A DNA stretch of 64,000 bases, taken from Octopus sinensis. Taxonomy: Eukaryota. How positions within the stretch are numbered: the first letter of the stretch is position 1; each line of letters opens with the position of its first letter. Position numbers and translations under genes: made by a program. The DNA lies in NCBI RefSeq assembly GCF_006345805.1, contig NC_042999.1:53444001-53508000 (forward strand), read 5' to 3'. This document shows positions 14,050-27,739 of the stretch, in pieces. The notes beneath the pieces are model-generated. The model ran no database searches. It was given only the letters and a program-made list of their open reading frames with translations, and was not told where the DNA came from.

Positions 14050-14900
14050 TATTCTTGTTATTCTCACCCAACTTTCAACAAATTTGCTGGAATATACGGC
14101 TTCCTCTTCCATTTCGATTGAGACTTGAAAAAGTTAATGAGGCCCTTAGCGAAAGAGGAAAGTGTTTCTTTTTAGCCGTTTCTACTTGGCCCATCATGCA
14201 ACCCTTTTGTTAAGGTCACCAGACAGACAAACATTGCCTATCATTCCAGACCAAAAAAAAGGGGCAGGCAATCAGATGTTATCTGGACCCATCCTACATA
14301 TGACAAGTCCCAAGTCAACAACCCTTGAGTATTTAACGAGTGCAAACGGAACAGTTTCGTCAATTTTGTACGCATCCGAAGAAGGTCCGGTCGACGACAT
14401 TTGCATGCCTTTGGAATCTATCTCGAACCGACAATACTCCATATCCAGTAGCACTGTCAGCGGAGATCTCTAGAAATTGTCCATGGACCCAGGCTCAAAA
14501 GTTCTCTGGAGCAGCCGAGACAGCTGATTCTCGTCGACGCTCAGAATCTTTCCAAGAATGTCGTCACTCTTGCCTCCCCCACGAAACTTCTACATATTGC
14601 CAAAGTAGTTCTTCCACCGACTACATTATCCGAGTGATAAATGGCTGTGAGAACCTGACCCCACTCGAGGTGCCAGGCGGTTTACAATAGGATAGCTTGT
14701 AAAAGCACTTGATTCACTCGAGACGTGATCGTTCCCACCATATTCCTATCAAAGAATTTGTTGGACAATACAGCTCTTCCCACCCCATTCTCATTTACTA
14801 TTACAAGTGAAACCTAAAAAGTTGAAGTGAGCGTGGCCAAAAAGGAAACTATCTCCATTCCTTTTCATAATGTCCACATCACTATCTCATTCGCCATTTT
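14050..14900 (-). mobile_element. Decayed LINE ORF2 C-terminal fragment, possibly L1/Tx1-like
   Basis: Higher-GC block with frameshifted peptides (DETVPFALV, LINFFKSQ) resembling L1/Tx1 ORF2 C-terminus. Confidence 0.4.
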
Positions 14901-16589
14901 TACTACACGGTGCAAGGATCAGTAGACTCAACTGATCACAGGGTCTATCCTACACGAGGCTGCTTCTACGACCAGATTCCATAAAGTAACAATGCACGTG
15001 TTATAAGCTTGCAATCTGATAACTGTCGCTAATTTATGTCAAACAAATAAATACCGAACTTCTGGTCATCCGATCATTAATATCCTTCTTCGGAATTGAC
15101 GATCAAATCACATGTCAGTGTCTTTCACCAGTTTCTGTGCAAAAGTTGCTGAATGTATATAAGAGTTAAAACGTGGAAGAATATCTCTGAGGCAAATCTA
15201 CTTGGTATTTAACTCTAAAATAAAACTCCTCAAGTATCACGGTTATTTAGCCAGAAGCGATGAGCTTACTCGTCGTTTGATAGTTGGTTCGGTTTGAATT
15301 ATCAGATTACTCAGATTCTGTGTCAGTTCACGAATGAATCGTATGTTCTTTGTAAGTTCGGAAATGGATATTAATTAGTTTAATAATGATAGCGGAAAAA
15401 GCCAAATAAGAACAACTAACCACATCATCAATTAGACAGAATACACCGATATTTTGAAACCTTACAATATACTTAGGATATAAACGAATATATATTTTAA
15501 GTATATATACTGTAGTAACACTATAATATGAAATTTAATCTAAATTCCATCAGTGATATGCAAGATAATCGAAGCCGTACAGAAGACCATTAATGAAGTC
15601 GAGTAATTACGTTTCTAGTCGAATAAACTTTTTTCTTTAGCTGATATATTTACAACACTAGCAATATCAACTTTATTTCTGTTCCAGGCTCCTCCGTAAT
15701 CAGAATAATGAGAGACGCCATTATAAAGTTACTTCTACTTCACAAACTCCTATTGTAAACAATTAGAGCAATGACAACACGTCAGAATCTCAAGTTCATT
15801 TGAATGAAAATTTGTCTAAAGTTTGAAGTATATATCATATAACTAATATGTTCAGAAATATATTCTATTTAGACAAAATATTTCACCCGAACTTTAAGCT
15901 TAATAAAATACATATTCAAATTAATATGATCAAAACTACCGCAATATTTATTATCGACATCGAAGCAATTCTCTGATTATACTGATTGTGGTATTTTCAA
16001 TTTATTTCACAATAATCTGAGTTAGTAGATTATTGTGAAATCAACTTTCTTCAGGTATATCGTAGCAGAAGTAGAGGTGATAATATGATTCAATTAATAA
16101 CTGGCGTTACAGACAGGTAGAATGTATATATGATCGAAATATAAAGGAAGATTTAAGTCCATTGTAACTGTTAAATGCCACGTAGATTCAATTAAATTGT
16201 GAGTTTTCTAAATGCCTCATAAATATGTTGCACTCAACATTGAAACTTAATGATACATTCACCTGTTGGAAAGATTTCCCGCTCTTTCTCTTGTGACCCG
16301 TACCTCCTATGTCTATTTGTTCATATCAAGTTGAACGGAAACATATAACTGTAATTCATAAAATAGTGTGAGTTTTGAATATATAAATATTTGGTAATTT
16401 TTGTTCGATAAAATCACGAATATTGAATATATATAATTAGAATGATCAAGATGTAAGCATATATGGGTGCGTGTGCGTATTTCTCTGTCAGTGGGTATTC
16501 GTGTAGATATATTTATGTACATATAGCTAAATAGAGATGTACGTACCCACATACGTACGTACGTACATAATACATACATACATCATATG

Positions 16590-17500
16590 TGCATCGCTTG
16601 GCCAAGTTTGCATCTGGAGGCTGATAACACCATAAAACTTGGAAGGCAGCTCCTTGAGCAACACTCTTTGTCTGATAACCTAGAATACATGCCCAAAGAA
16701 GTCGCACGACTCTACTGCAACAAATCATCAGATGAAAGGATGAGACTATATGAGCAGAAGACGATGCATGGATATGTTAGTAGAAAGCTCCGTGATGATA
16801 GTAACATCGATCATCAAAGCAATTTATCATGGACGAATGGCCGGAATACTACCTCCCATATTGAACGGTATGCATTTTGCAGTGCAACAACAGGAAATAT
16901 CAACCTGAGGCACAAAAGGAGTTGAGAAACACGAAAAGCAGCAAAATATGACAACCGATGCAGACTTTGTGGAGTTAACACCGAAGATATCAACCATATC
17001 ATAAGCAGGTGTCTGAAAATGTCATCGCGGTATTATTTATCGATGAGACATGGTGTTGTAGATAGGACGCTCTATAAGGAAATCCGTCGGAAGGATAATC
17101 CCGAAGACAAAGAAATAAGAACCCAAAATATGGTAGAAGCCATAGCCACTCATAATAAAAAGGAATCCTGGTGGAATGTACCAGTAAAGACCTTGATAAA
17201 ATGTAAGTATAACAAACCTGATATAATGATTTGGGATAGAGAAGAGAAACTGTGCACAGTAGTGGAAATTAGCTGCCCAGCGGATGTTAAAGCTGAAGAT
17301 CAGTGAAAAAGAGAATACCTATGCTGAACTATTGGGAAATCTGCAGTTACTCTACGCAGATTACGAGTTCAGGATTATACCTGTAATTATTGGGGACCTG
17401 GGATATGCAAAACACTGCCTAAATATCAATCTTGATAAATTAGGCTTCTCAAAACCAGAAAGAAAAAAGCTGATTCGAAGTCTATCGATCCAATCCATCA
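16590..17500 (+). mobile_element. R4/Dong-like non-LTR retrotransposon 3' fragment (CCHC knuckle + RLE endonuclease)
   Basis: MHGYV; CRLCGVNTEDINHIISRC zinc knuckle; RH motif; NKPDIMIWD...VVEISCP; K..Y..L; IIPVIIGDLG; frameshifted. Confidence 0.85.
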
Positions 17501-18063
17501 CGGCAATGAGAAATCTCACCTGGAAGCATCACCGCTGGAGATTGAGAAATAACGGAAGCACTCACATGGGAAAGAAAGATGAGATAAAGAAACATGAGTC
17601 GTAAGAAATATAAAATCAGACCCCAAACCTTATTTAAATACGCCAAGAAGAGTGCCTCTGTGCACTGCGGGATAGGACCACACCTCCAAAACGATGGCTC
17701 CCTCACGGGGATCCCAATGAGGATTAGAGAAAAACTGAATGAGCAGGTAAAAAGTATCTTCCCCCCACCCATACGGCACATGCAAGTTAGCAAACCTACA
17801 GAATTTCTACTGATGTAGAAATGGAATAACAATTGATTACATGAACATCAAAGAAGAGAATGTAATAATGGCAATAGATTATATAGATGCACATTCAGCT
17901 GCTGGCTCTGATTGATTCCCAGCAATCCTTCTCAAGTATGCAAATGAGTCCTTGTAAAACCATTGCAGCTACTTTCTCAGAGCTTCCTCGCAGATGCACT
18001 AAAGGAAGGAATAATATACCCTATCCTTAAAGGAGGAAGCAGAGAAGATGCTAAAAGCTATAG

Positions 18064-18096
<33 letters not shown>

Positions 18097-19420
18097 CTCA
18101 CACATCAGCAAAGCCATGGTTCGAATGGTCCGAAGGATATTAATTGCATTCCTTGAAGAGTATGACTTGCTGACTGACACCCAGCATGGTTTCCGACCAG
18201 GTAGAAGCTGCCTGAAACAGTTCTTGCAGCATTACATCTTGGTGTTAAAGCAATTGATCAACAATTCAAATGTGGACGTGATATACCGCGATATTACAAA
18301 AGCACTTGACAAGGTCGACAATGGAATGATTTGTACCAAGCTCCAAAATATTGGCACACTCGAAAAACTTGGAGAATGGCTTCATAAGTCTAAAAGATAG
18401 AAGTCTGGTAGTGGTGGTCAATGGGACCAGCTCCGAGGAAATAGAAATAATGAGTGGTATTCCACACGGTACTCTTCTGGAGCCAGTGTTATTCAGAGTG
18501 GCCCTCTCTGACATGCCCTCAGCTGCTCAAGTAGCTACCCTTGCTAACTATGGAGACGATACAAAAATCTCTCAAAGGATGCAGGATCCTGGAGATGTGC
18601 ATCTACAACGGAAATTTGAGGCAATATATAGGAGGGCTGAGGAAAATAACATGCAGTTTAATATTGGAAAATTCCAAGCCCTGCGGTACCAACACAGATA
18701 GCTATGAAAAGTAGATAGGTTACAGTGGGCCAAAAGGGATTTGTATTCCGGTATCAAAATCAGTACATAATCTGAGCATCGACATGAGTAATGTTGCCGC
18801 TTTCCAGATACATATTACCAAGCTGGCAATAAAATACAGACGTCTGGCTGGATGGAACCTTCGAACATTCAAAACAAGAGAAAAGGAAACCATGATGGTC
18901 CTCAGAATGACTTTCATTTTCTGCCGTCTGATTACTACTCCCAATTGTGGTCACCAGACAGTGTAAAATAACGACGAGACTCAAGGACATCTAGTGAAGC
19001 TACACCAAGAAGGTAGACACAATGTAACACATTAGCAACTGGGAGAGACTCCCTGGAGCGAAGGCGGGAAAGATATTTAGTAATATACATCTGGAAAATC
19101 CTGGAAACTCTTGTGTCTAATTTTGGCATTATCAGTTACATTAACAACAGGGCGGGGTGCCACTGCATAGTACCAAAAAGCTAAAGATTGCCAACAGGAT
19201 ACAGAACCAGATACTGCACAAGCGACTGGGTTTCAAAGTCCCACAGCTCTTCAATATCCGCCTCAAAGCCTGAGAGACCTGCAAAACAAAATGAGATCTC
19301 TTTCTGTCTAGAGTTCCGGATGAACCTACCTCAAGGAAAGAAACATAGAAGAGGGCAGTAACGTCAAACTCCCTCGGTTTAGTGAAAGTGTAGCAAAGTA
19401 AATGGCCGCAGTCCTTGGAA
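17500..19420 (+). mobile_element. CR1-like LINE RT pseudogene
   Basis: YRPLSL..TSH, QHGFRPGRSC, DVIYRDITKALDKVD, SGIPHGTLLEPVLF, YGDDTK (YADD box), LERRRERY; stops and frameshifts; (CT)n expansion at 18066-18093. Confidence 0.9.
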
Positions 19421-20754
19421 TAAATCTAAAATAAAAAAAAAACCTTTTCTGCTTTTCCAAGTTATTTTCCAGACTGCAATGATCTTTTATCATTGGTAAA
19501 CACTAAAAAGTATTAAATATATAAACACGAAAATTAATGAAATTTCTCCAGGCCTGGAGCCGCTACAAATTATGTTTCAACTTGAACTGGTTGGCACTTT
19601 CAGGCAACTGGTGTCACTAGGTCAAATCAAACCCTCTACCTTTCATAACCCATACTATAGAAAATTCATTTAAGTACAAGTGTATTCAGATGTCTGATGA
19701 TAAAGAGAATTAGTTAAAGACTCCGGCGCATTTTGTCGCAACTCCATCAATTTTTATATTTTCTCCGCAAGTGTGTCAGTTTGTATGAAACAATTGAAAC
19801 AGATGTTAAAATCACTATTCGATCAATAAAACCTGGCAGTCATTTTTGATTTTTTTTACGTGACTAGTTTTATATTTGCTGTTTACCAATGTGCTCATAA
19901 CAGGCAGACACATACTTTAGCTAGCATTTCGATATCAGCTCTGTCTGCCGGCAGTTCGCGCTGTCCATCTCATTATGGCTGACATCCTCTCTAGAGGGAC
20001 ATCTCATTATGACCGACATTCTCACTACTTTCTCTGTCATTATGGCGTCGACTTCAACTGATTTCAAATATTTTAAATCTCATTTACTCGCAGATAAATT
20101 TTTAGCTTTCCAGTTAGACTTGAAGGAATGAAATATTCATGAAATTTCCGATTTTATAATCAGAAATATTTGCATCTTCACAACTACAACAATAATCACG
20201 TTGAAATATGTTGCAGATTTTTTCCTGCCCTTAAGCAATCAAGATTTATATATGCGTTTTTTCGAGCTGTTTGTTGACTAAAGATTCTGCCAACGTCCTG
20301 ATAGAAAGATTACTCGAAAAACATGGCTCTTTTATAATCAGTTTATCAAAATTTGCAAATGTTGACATCTTCATTTGCACATTAGTATAAATTGGCTAAC
20401 AATTACCTATTTCTTCGCTAAGAAATTAATTAATTAGTTGCAATTAGTTTTTTAAAATGACTCTACGACAGAATTGGGAAATTTAGCTAAGTGTTGCTAT
20501 CGTAAATACATTCATAAGTCATAATTTTATAATATACATGCATATACATATATATCTGTGTGTGTGTGTGTGTCTATATACACACATGCACACACGCACA
20601 CACACAAACATATATATATGTGTATATATACATACATACATACATACTTACGTACGTACGTACATACATACATACATACATACATACATACATACATACA
20701 TACATACATACATACATACATACATACATACATGCATACATATGTATATATATC

Positions 20755-21060
20755 GTCTGAGATGGGTGGGCAACAAAGTAAACATGAAAGAAACCAGGCT
20801 GCCGCGTCAAATTTTATATGGTGAACTTTCTACTAGATGAAGACTCTGTGGCTATCCCCTCAGCCGATACAAGGGTCAGCTGGAATAAAAGCCTAAAACT
20901 GACTGAAATCGATCCCAAAGCCTCCACCACGGATCCGTTGTGCGCTTTGCAAAAGACGCTTCCATGCAAGAATCGGCCTCATTAATCATCAGAATTATAA
21001 ACACAGCCAGAGGGGAGGAAGTGGACAAGGAGAAGCCAAATAAATTTTCGGACGCATGAT
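20755..21060 (+). mobile_element. RTE-like LINE 3' fragment
   Basis: LRWVG...M...RLPRQILYGEL motif. Confidence 0.65.
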
Positions 21061-21081
21061 AAAATGCCGCCGACGACGGTG

Positions 21082-21179
<98 letters not shown>

Positions 21180-21188
21180 TATATATAC

Positions 21189-21656
21189 ATTTAAATAATA
21201 AGGGAGATAGATTAATATCAATTTTAATATCAATTTAAAACCAGTAGTCTAGCAAACAAAAAATCTGAAAAATCAGAGAAGATTCTAATACACGTGTATA
21301 TTTACAGGGCAAGACTGCTAGGTAGTCTGCCACATGCTAGAAATAGATCACCAACGATCAAACTACAAAGAAAGTTCTCTAGAGGCAAAATTCAGCGAAC
21401 ACCAGAACCAAATTTGGCGGGCAGGACAGATGAAAATTTATATAAAAAAACAGAATTAATTGCATACCTCGGTTTGGGCCTTTAACAAAAGAATTACTTA
21501 CATAATTCAAATGTCCGTGGTTCCATCAGTGCAATCGTTCAGTGTAAATGCAATCTGAAAAACTAACTCCAGCTTTCTGTGCCAAAACAGACACGTGTTT
21601 AGTTTTACCATGTACATTAGGGATAAAATTTCAAATGTCTTAGTTCCGGCGCGCTA
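21189..21656 (-). mobile_element. HHR-bearing repeat (same family as 51447-52033), ribozyme core decayed
   Basis: Colinear with the 51.4-52.0 kb copy in a different circular permutation; HHR 21458-21536 reads GAUUGCA-CUGAUGG...CAAAC CGAG GUA-UGCAAUU; abuts (TA)n. Confidence 0.75.
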
Positions 21657-21659
21657 TGA

Positions 21660-22235
21660 AGGCGTCCATCAAGGCGTCCAGGACCCTTGTCATATCATCC
21701 TTCTTCTTTCTCAAAGCCTCCACAAAGTACTATTTATTGGCCGCCTTCTGGCCAGAGGGAATCCAATGAAAGAAGATGACGCCTTTTCTGTTGTAAAACG
21801 TGTTCAATATGAGCTTCTCGGTGGACTCGCTTTGCCTGATCTTCAGGGGTCTGGAAGAACCAGGATGCTTCCATTGTCCCTTTTGTCTCTTAGTTGCTGG
21901 ATTATAAGAAATAGATTCTGATTTCGTCACAGGACTCCAGAGGCTCAAGTACTCTTGAACCGGGGGTAATGAGTTCAACCACCTCTTGCTTCTTGCTTTC
22001 TCTTCGTCACTGTGCGTTCTGGAAACAAATTATGCACATATTCTGTGCTTGTTCAGATCTCCCTCAATAATCCTGTGTGTATGTACGACACCAATTTCAA
22101 ACTGTACGTTTATTGACTTTGTAAGAATTCAGAATTTTCTCATTTATCTCTGAGGTTCCAAACATCCATCTCCCCCTCACACCTCTCACTGTCTCTCATC
22201 TCCTTTCTACCCACTTTGAATATTTTGTACCAGTA
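21660..22235 (-). mobile_element. Mariner transposase fragment
   Basis: VT..ES.ISYNPATKRQKGQWKHPGSSRP..RQSES..KLIL..F....G...HWIP.GQ, typical of mariner. Confidence 0.8.
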
Positions 22236-22236
22236 A

Positions 22237-22287
<51 letters not shown>

Positions 22288-22587
22288 TCGCATACACACA
22301 CACACGCACATTATTTCTAAGAACTGTGTGAGTTGTACTTTATTACTTGATGTTGTGTATATATTTAACATTTCTCACGAACGCGCTAGGCAGACCTTGA
22401 CGTGCGTTTGGAAGACAATGCGATTCCAAACCAGTAATATACGGTAAGCTGTCCTTCGAAAAGCGTCCTAATCACAAGCTACAAAAACAGTTAAAAAAAG
22501 ATTCGTGAAAGTAACCTAAAGGAAGAGCAAACCAATATAAATAACTGGGAAAGACTAGCTTTGGAATGGGCTGGTAGTGCATCAGGG

Positions 22588-22768
<181 letters not shown>

Positions 22769-22771
<3 letters not shown>

Positions 22772-22998
22772 TAGTTTTATTTTTATATCGTGCTTTCATT
22801 TCACTACCGAGCGCAGCTCTGTGTGCTTTGGGTATGTACTGTGGTTTGTTGTGATGTTCTCATGGTTACTGTATTGAAAGTGTTTTACGTAGGATGTGTG
22901 CAGTCCCCAGCAGTGCAATTTTCTGTATGTTATATATATTTGTAAGTCCTGGTGTTTTTGTTATGTATTTGTCTGAATATTTTTTATCATACTTAATG
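22769..22998 (-). mobile_element. R4/Dong-like LINE extreme 3' end running into (TAA)n
   Basis: Reverse complement encodes KYSDKYITKTPGLTNIYNIQKIALLGTAHILRKTL, then 3' UTR, then (TAA)n. Confidence 0.75.
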
Positions 22999-23059
22999 TA
23001 GAAGGAACGGTCGTAAACAACTTATGTTGGTTTTATCATATTCGAATTTTGTTTTTAAT

Positions 23060-23250
23060 CACAAGGCCAGCAGTCTCGGGGAAGGTGATAAGTCCATTAC
23101 ATCAACCGAAGTGCTCAACTGGTACTTGTTTTATCTTCTCTGAAATGACTACAGGCAAAGTCGAGTTAGGCGGATTTTGAACTTGGGACGTAAAGATAGA
23201 CTGGTAAGAATTTTGCCCAGCATGCTAATGGTTCTGCGATCGCCGCCTTT
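23060..23250 (-). mobile_element. Degenerate SINE family A
   Basis: GGCAAAGTCGAGTTAGGCGGATTTTGAACT...CATGCTAATGGTTCTGC. Confidence 0.65.
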
Positions 23251-24739
23251 CACGTGTATTGTATTAAAGCTTAAAGCAATATAATAGTGATATAGCGTGA
23301 TAGACATAATTTATCAAGTTATCCTTGTCATAAATTTTAGTTGATATAATTAGAATATTATTTACACGAAAGAAAACTAAATTATTGCATTGATACCACA
23401 GGAAAATAAGAAAACAATTTTTTTTATTTAGAATTTGCCTCAAACTATCTCATTCAGAAACTTGAAGCTTACCAAGAAATGGTGATAGGATTGGTCGTAT
23501 TCATCTAGAAGACTATTACAAAATACCTAGAAGTACTTTGTGAATAAATAGTAAAAACTTACGTGAATTACTAAAACGCGATCAAATCAACGAAAATTAT
23601 GGTGTGGCCCCAGGGAATCCATTTAATAAGGAAATGTCTAAAATGACTGACTGCAGTGGAATGAAAGAAAATGGAAGTAAAGAAATTGAGGAATAGATAA
23701 AATATATGCTAAAAGGAATGGCAAATATTGTGCATTGTTATTTCCTGGAAAAGAAATACATAAGTTAGGAGGCATCTTCAGGAAACCTATGGGGGTTTCA
23801 TCATAACTTATTTCTCTCCCAGTTACTTTTCAATAACCTCCAAACATGTACGGAAAAAACGAAGTCAACTTATCCATTTATATCACAGCTTAGGTCTGTT
23901 TCTCGTTTAACTGTGTTAATGCAATGGGATTCCGTGACTGACAACGCCAATAATACGGAAAGCTTGCCTCACTGAAATAAAAAAAAGCTTGGTAAACGCA
24001 GGTACACTAGGATAGAAATAAAGTGTTGAACTGTTGCCATAACCAGCTTAGTCCCGTGATCTGAAGAACAAGCTTTTTTTTTATTTTCATTCATATAAAA
24101 ATATACAATCGTATTGTATTATATTGAACATACGTAATAATGTAAACATGTAAGCATAACTTCCGGTTTACTGAAATTAATAATGCCAAATGATTTCGGA
24201 ACGCCTGAATCCGATGAAAATCTTTTACTTAAATGAATATCCATTTCACTTGTTAAACTTCATGACTAATTACTTTATATTCTCCTTACTGAATAGTGTT
24301 ATGGTTTGGATATTCCGGATTTTCAGTTACATGGATACTAGACATTACATTACATTGTAAGCGATTATTACAGGGATTGAAGGCGTAGGCCGAAATATGT
24401 GCTTACTGTGATAGGTACACGACTCTCTGAATCCATATCTTATATTATTCTCTCTTATATATACCAGTGTCATATTAAATGACAGAGTTATGGAACATTG
24501 ACAGCCATCATTCTGAATTACTAAACGGCAATTTCATGTTCACTGCCAGCTTTCTCGGTTTAAATAAGCGCTCAATTTGCAAAAGCTGATGAACAGCAGT
24601 GAACATTGAATCGTTGTTCAGAAATCGATAGACCTGAATATAAGTGTTCCTTACCGTTTGTCATTTAATATATTTGGGCGTCTATTACTAACGATATTGA
24701 GTGTTAAAGATTTGTTGTTAGACATATATATATATATAC

Positions 24740-25316
24740 ATAAATTTGAATTAGGATAAAATCTTTATAAGCATTTATCAAGTAGTCAGCGTGAAAACCG
24801 CATAAGAGAAAAAAATTATAATCATTCCATTTAAAAACATTTCTTTATATTAAGGGCATTACTACACATAAATGCCTCGCGCTATTAGGGAATCTTACAG
24901 TGAAAACTACCATAATAAATACACAGTGTATCCAACGCGAGGAAATGCAACCGGAATATATTCAGTGCTGAATTATTCCGAATATACACGTGTACCTAAA
25001 CGTAATTTGAAAAGCCCGTTTCTTACATAGATATATAAGAGTGAATATCTCTATGTACTATGTTGGATACATTTTGTGTTTGTCTGGTATGTTGATTTTG
25101 TTTATTTTTATATGTCTTCATTATGCCAGCACTGACGATTAGAAAGTGGATTATGCACACTAACTATGAAATCGTATGATTTGCGGCTGAATCTGTTTTT
25201 AAGGGTCGGCTTCAAAGATTGAATTCCCTCACTGTCGGTGCACTGTATTTATTATGGTTGTTTTGACTTTAAGAGTCCATAATAGTGTGATGCATTTATG
25301 TGTAGTAATGTCCTTA

Positions 25317-25319
<3 letters not shown>
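24740..25319 (+). mobile_element. HHR-bearing element with about 105-bp inverted repeats, between (TA)n tracts
   Basis: 24848-24952 is an imperfect inverted copy of 25217-25319; HHR at 25125-25187. Confidence 0.7.
25125..25187 (+). ncRNA. Type I hammerhead ribozyme
   Basis: GCC(A)GCA-CUGACGA-U UAG aa AGUG..CACU aa CUA U-GAAA UC guau GA UU-UGCGGC. Confidence 0.7.
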
Positions 25320-25366
<47 letters not shown>

Positions 25367-25487
25367 ATAGACAATACACATATATGTGTGCGTGTCTCTA
25401 TCTTCACTACCACACTGCATTTTGTATTATACTCTGCTCTGTTTTCTTGTTAAAGTGCCGGCAAATATGTTTATTTGTTTTGCCAGC

Positions 25488-25890
25488 ATCATCATCATCA
25501 TCATTGTTAGACCCTGGTCGAGACAATGGAATTTACCATGCTACGCCAGAATTCACGGTCCATCATGGCATTACGGAGGTCCTGTTGCTGGATGCCTGTA
25601 TCCCTGGAGATTACATCAGGGTAGGAGAGTGTGCGCCCTCTGGTATTGCGAGTAGATGGCTTCCAGAGGAGAAGAGTAGAAATTACTTCTTTTTCAGCTC
25701 TACAACAATGTCCAGCAAACTGGACTCTCCTACCTTTCACAAGAGATGACACAGGTGGTAGTTTCCCATATATTTGCATTTTCGTTGGATGGCGCTTCCA
25801 CGAGAGATTTTGAGCTCTCATAAGGAGGCGAGTGTAGGTTCCATCCAACCGCCTCTCAAGCTTCTTTGATAGCATCAGCAGACTCCAAAG
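25488..25890 (-). mobile_element. RTE-like LINE 3' end with (GAT)n tail
   Basis: LDGTYTRLLMRAQNLSWKRH...RRVQFAGHCCR...LLLWKP...AMMDREFWR, then stop and (TGA)n tail. Confidence 0.85.
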
Positions 25891-27739
25891 ATGTAATATC
25901 GCCTCCCTGATATCCTCAGAGTTTCGAGTTAAACAATATTGTTTCAAACAGTTTCTTTTGTACATACCATAACTTGATTTTATCGGGACGGTAAACAAAA
26001 TTCCGATTGGTTAAACAGAGTCGTACAGTTTAAGACCCCCATCTGATATCACTATCAACCATTATTGTAGTTAGTACTCATCTTCTGCAAAGTTTATTAA
26101 GGTAAGGAGAAAAATACCGAAATCAGTTGAAATGAATCTATTTGTGGAAAGAACAAAACCTTGATCAAAATTTCAAAGATTACAAAGAAAAAAATAATAA
26201 TAACTAGTCACCAGTAGCATAGGGGAAAGGGAAACACGAATGAAAACTCTGTTGAAAGGTATGTCTTTCGTCCAAAATCTATAGAAAGTTATAAATAGGT
26301 TGAATGGTTCCAGCGATAGTGTTGTTCAGTCATTCAATAAAATAGATATAATCGGTTGAATGGAATCGGGAAGAGATTGATTAGAATATGCCCTCTGAAC
26401 AGAAGGCTATTCCTGGTTTGAAGAAAAAATAGGAAACCCGTTTCCATACTAAAGATTGAAAACGCCAAAATGTAGAGACTTATGCTATATGTTGATGAAT
26501 AATTGTTATTGTAAAGAAGGCATGAAATAATGGTCTCTTAATGAAGTAGAAATATAAGATGGAATTCTCTCTACTCGAGAGATTAAAATTGGGATAGAAA
26601 AGAATAAATGAAGGTAGAAGTGACTGTCAAGTGGAAGAAAATCTGGAAATCTAAAACCGAAATTATTTAAGGCGCTTAGGGAAAGGACAGATTAAGTATT
26701 ATAAAGATAACATTATTTAGAGTGAAGTATTAAACAGCTTAGTGTAAAGAAAATCTGTGCATGGTCATCACAGCAAATATTGCTGAAGGCAATAAATATT
26801 GATTGAGAGAAATTCAATGTGATAGAAATGTGTTTGCGATAGAATAACCCATATACGAAAATCAGGAAAAGTAAATGTCTTCTATTCTTTTTCACTTCGT
26901 TTTGTTTTTGTTTTGTTGTTGTTGCTGTTGTTTTTCTCGCTCGAATACGATATGCGTAATACCAAAATTACCAAAAGAAAAGATTTAATTTTAGTACCTA
27001 ATTATCATTTGCTAATGTAGTTTAATGAATTAGTCTGTCCCGGAAACAAAACACAATGCAGGAAAAGCAGCATGAAGACTTTAAGAAAAGGTAGCTACAC
27101 TGGAATATGTCAAAGGAAGATTAACAGTGTTTATTGTGAAGAATTATCGATTAATTGCATTCGTACGAACCCACCAATTTTTGGAGATTAAGAACCATAA
27201 AATATATGAAATATAACTATGGTTTTATTTGTTCAAACTCCCAAAAATGTCTTGTATTGAACAGTAATAAAATCATGAAATTAAAACATTATATGTATGT
27301 AAATATTATAATAACGTATTTTGGTGAATATCCATGTGGTTTTTGTCCTGCTAGAAATAGCAGCTAAATTCCTATCAACATAGTTGACCGTCATAAAATA
27401 AAAACATATACATTGTATAACGTATCCTGTAATGTATTAAACTTGATAGATAGATAAATAGACTTTATGGCCATTGTTGGAAAGTCTTTTGTTATATGTT
27501 TGCCTTATCCTGCTCATCTTTGAGCAACAGCAAAAAGAATAAAACAAGATTTTGCGCTATAAAACAATAGGAAATATTTTTTGAGCAGCGGTGCTTAAAC
27601 GATATATCTTACCCTGATGAGAAACTCCGTAATCTTAATTACTAAGGAACTCCTAAAACGACAGGTTGGCCACAGATGGAGCATCTTTGATAATAGATCA
27701 TTCAATGAGACGATGGTTGATTTGGAGATGATGAAACTG

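Noticed and set aside
24523-24630. CTGATGA...GAAATCGATA possible HHR within a hairpin
   Set aside because: Extra bases before GAAA and no stem I; the hairpin alone is unexplained but weak
27348-27368. GCTAGAAATAGC resembling the Cas9 sgRNA scaffold (similar strings at about 21336, 37351, 51486)
   Set aside because: Only a short GAAA-tetraloop hairpin within repeats; the rest of the scaffold is absent
27612-27670. CTGATGAG followed by a hairpin, possible HHR
   Set aside because: No correctly placed GAAA and no stem I
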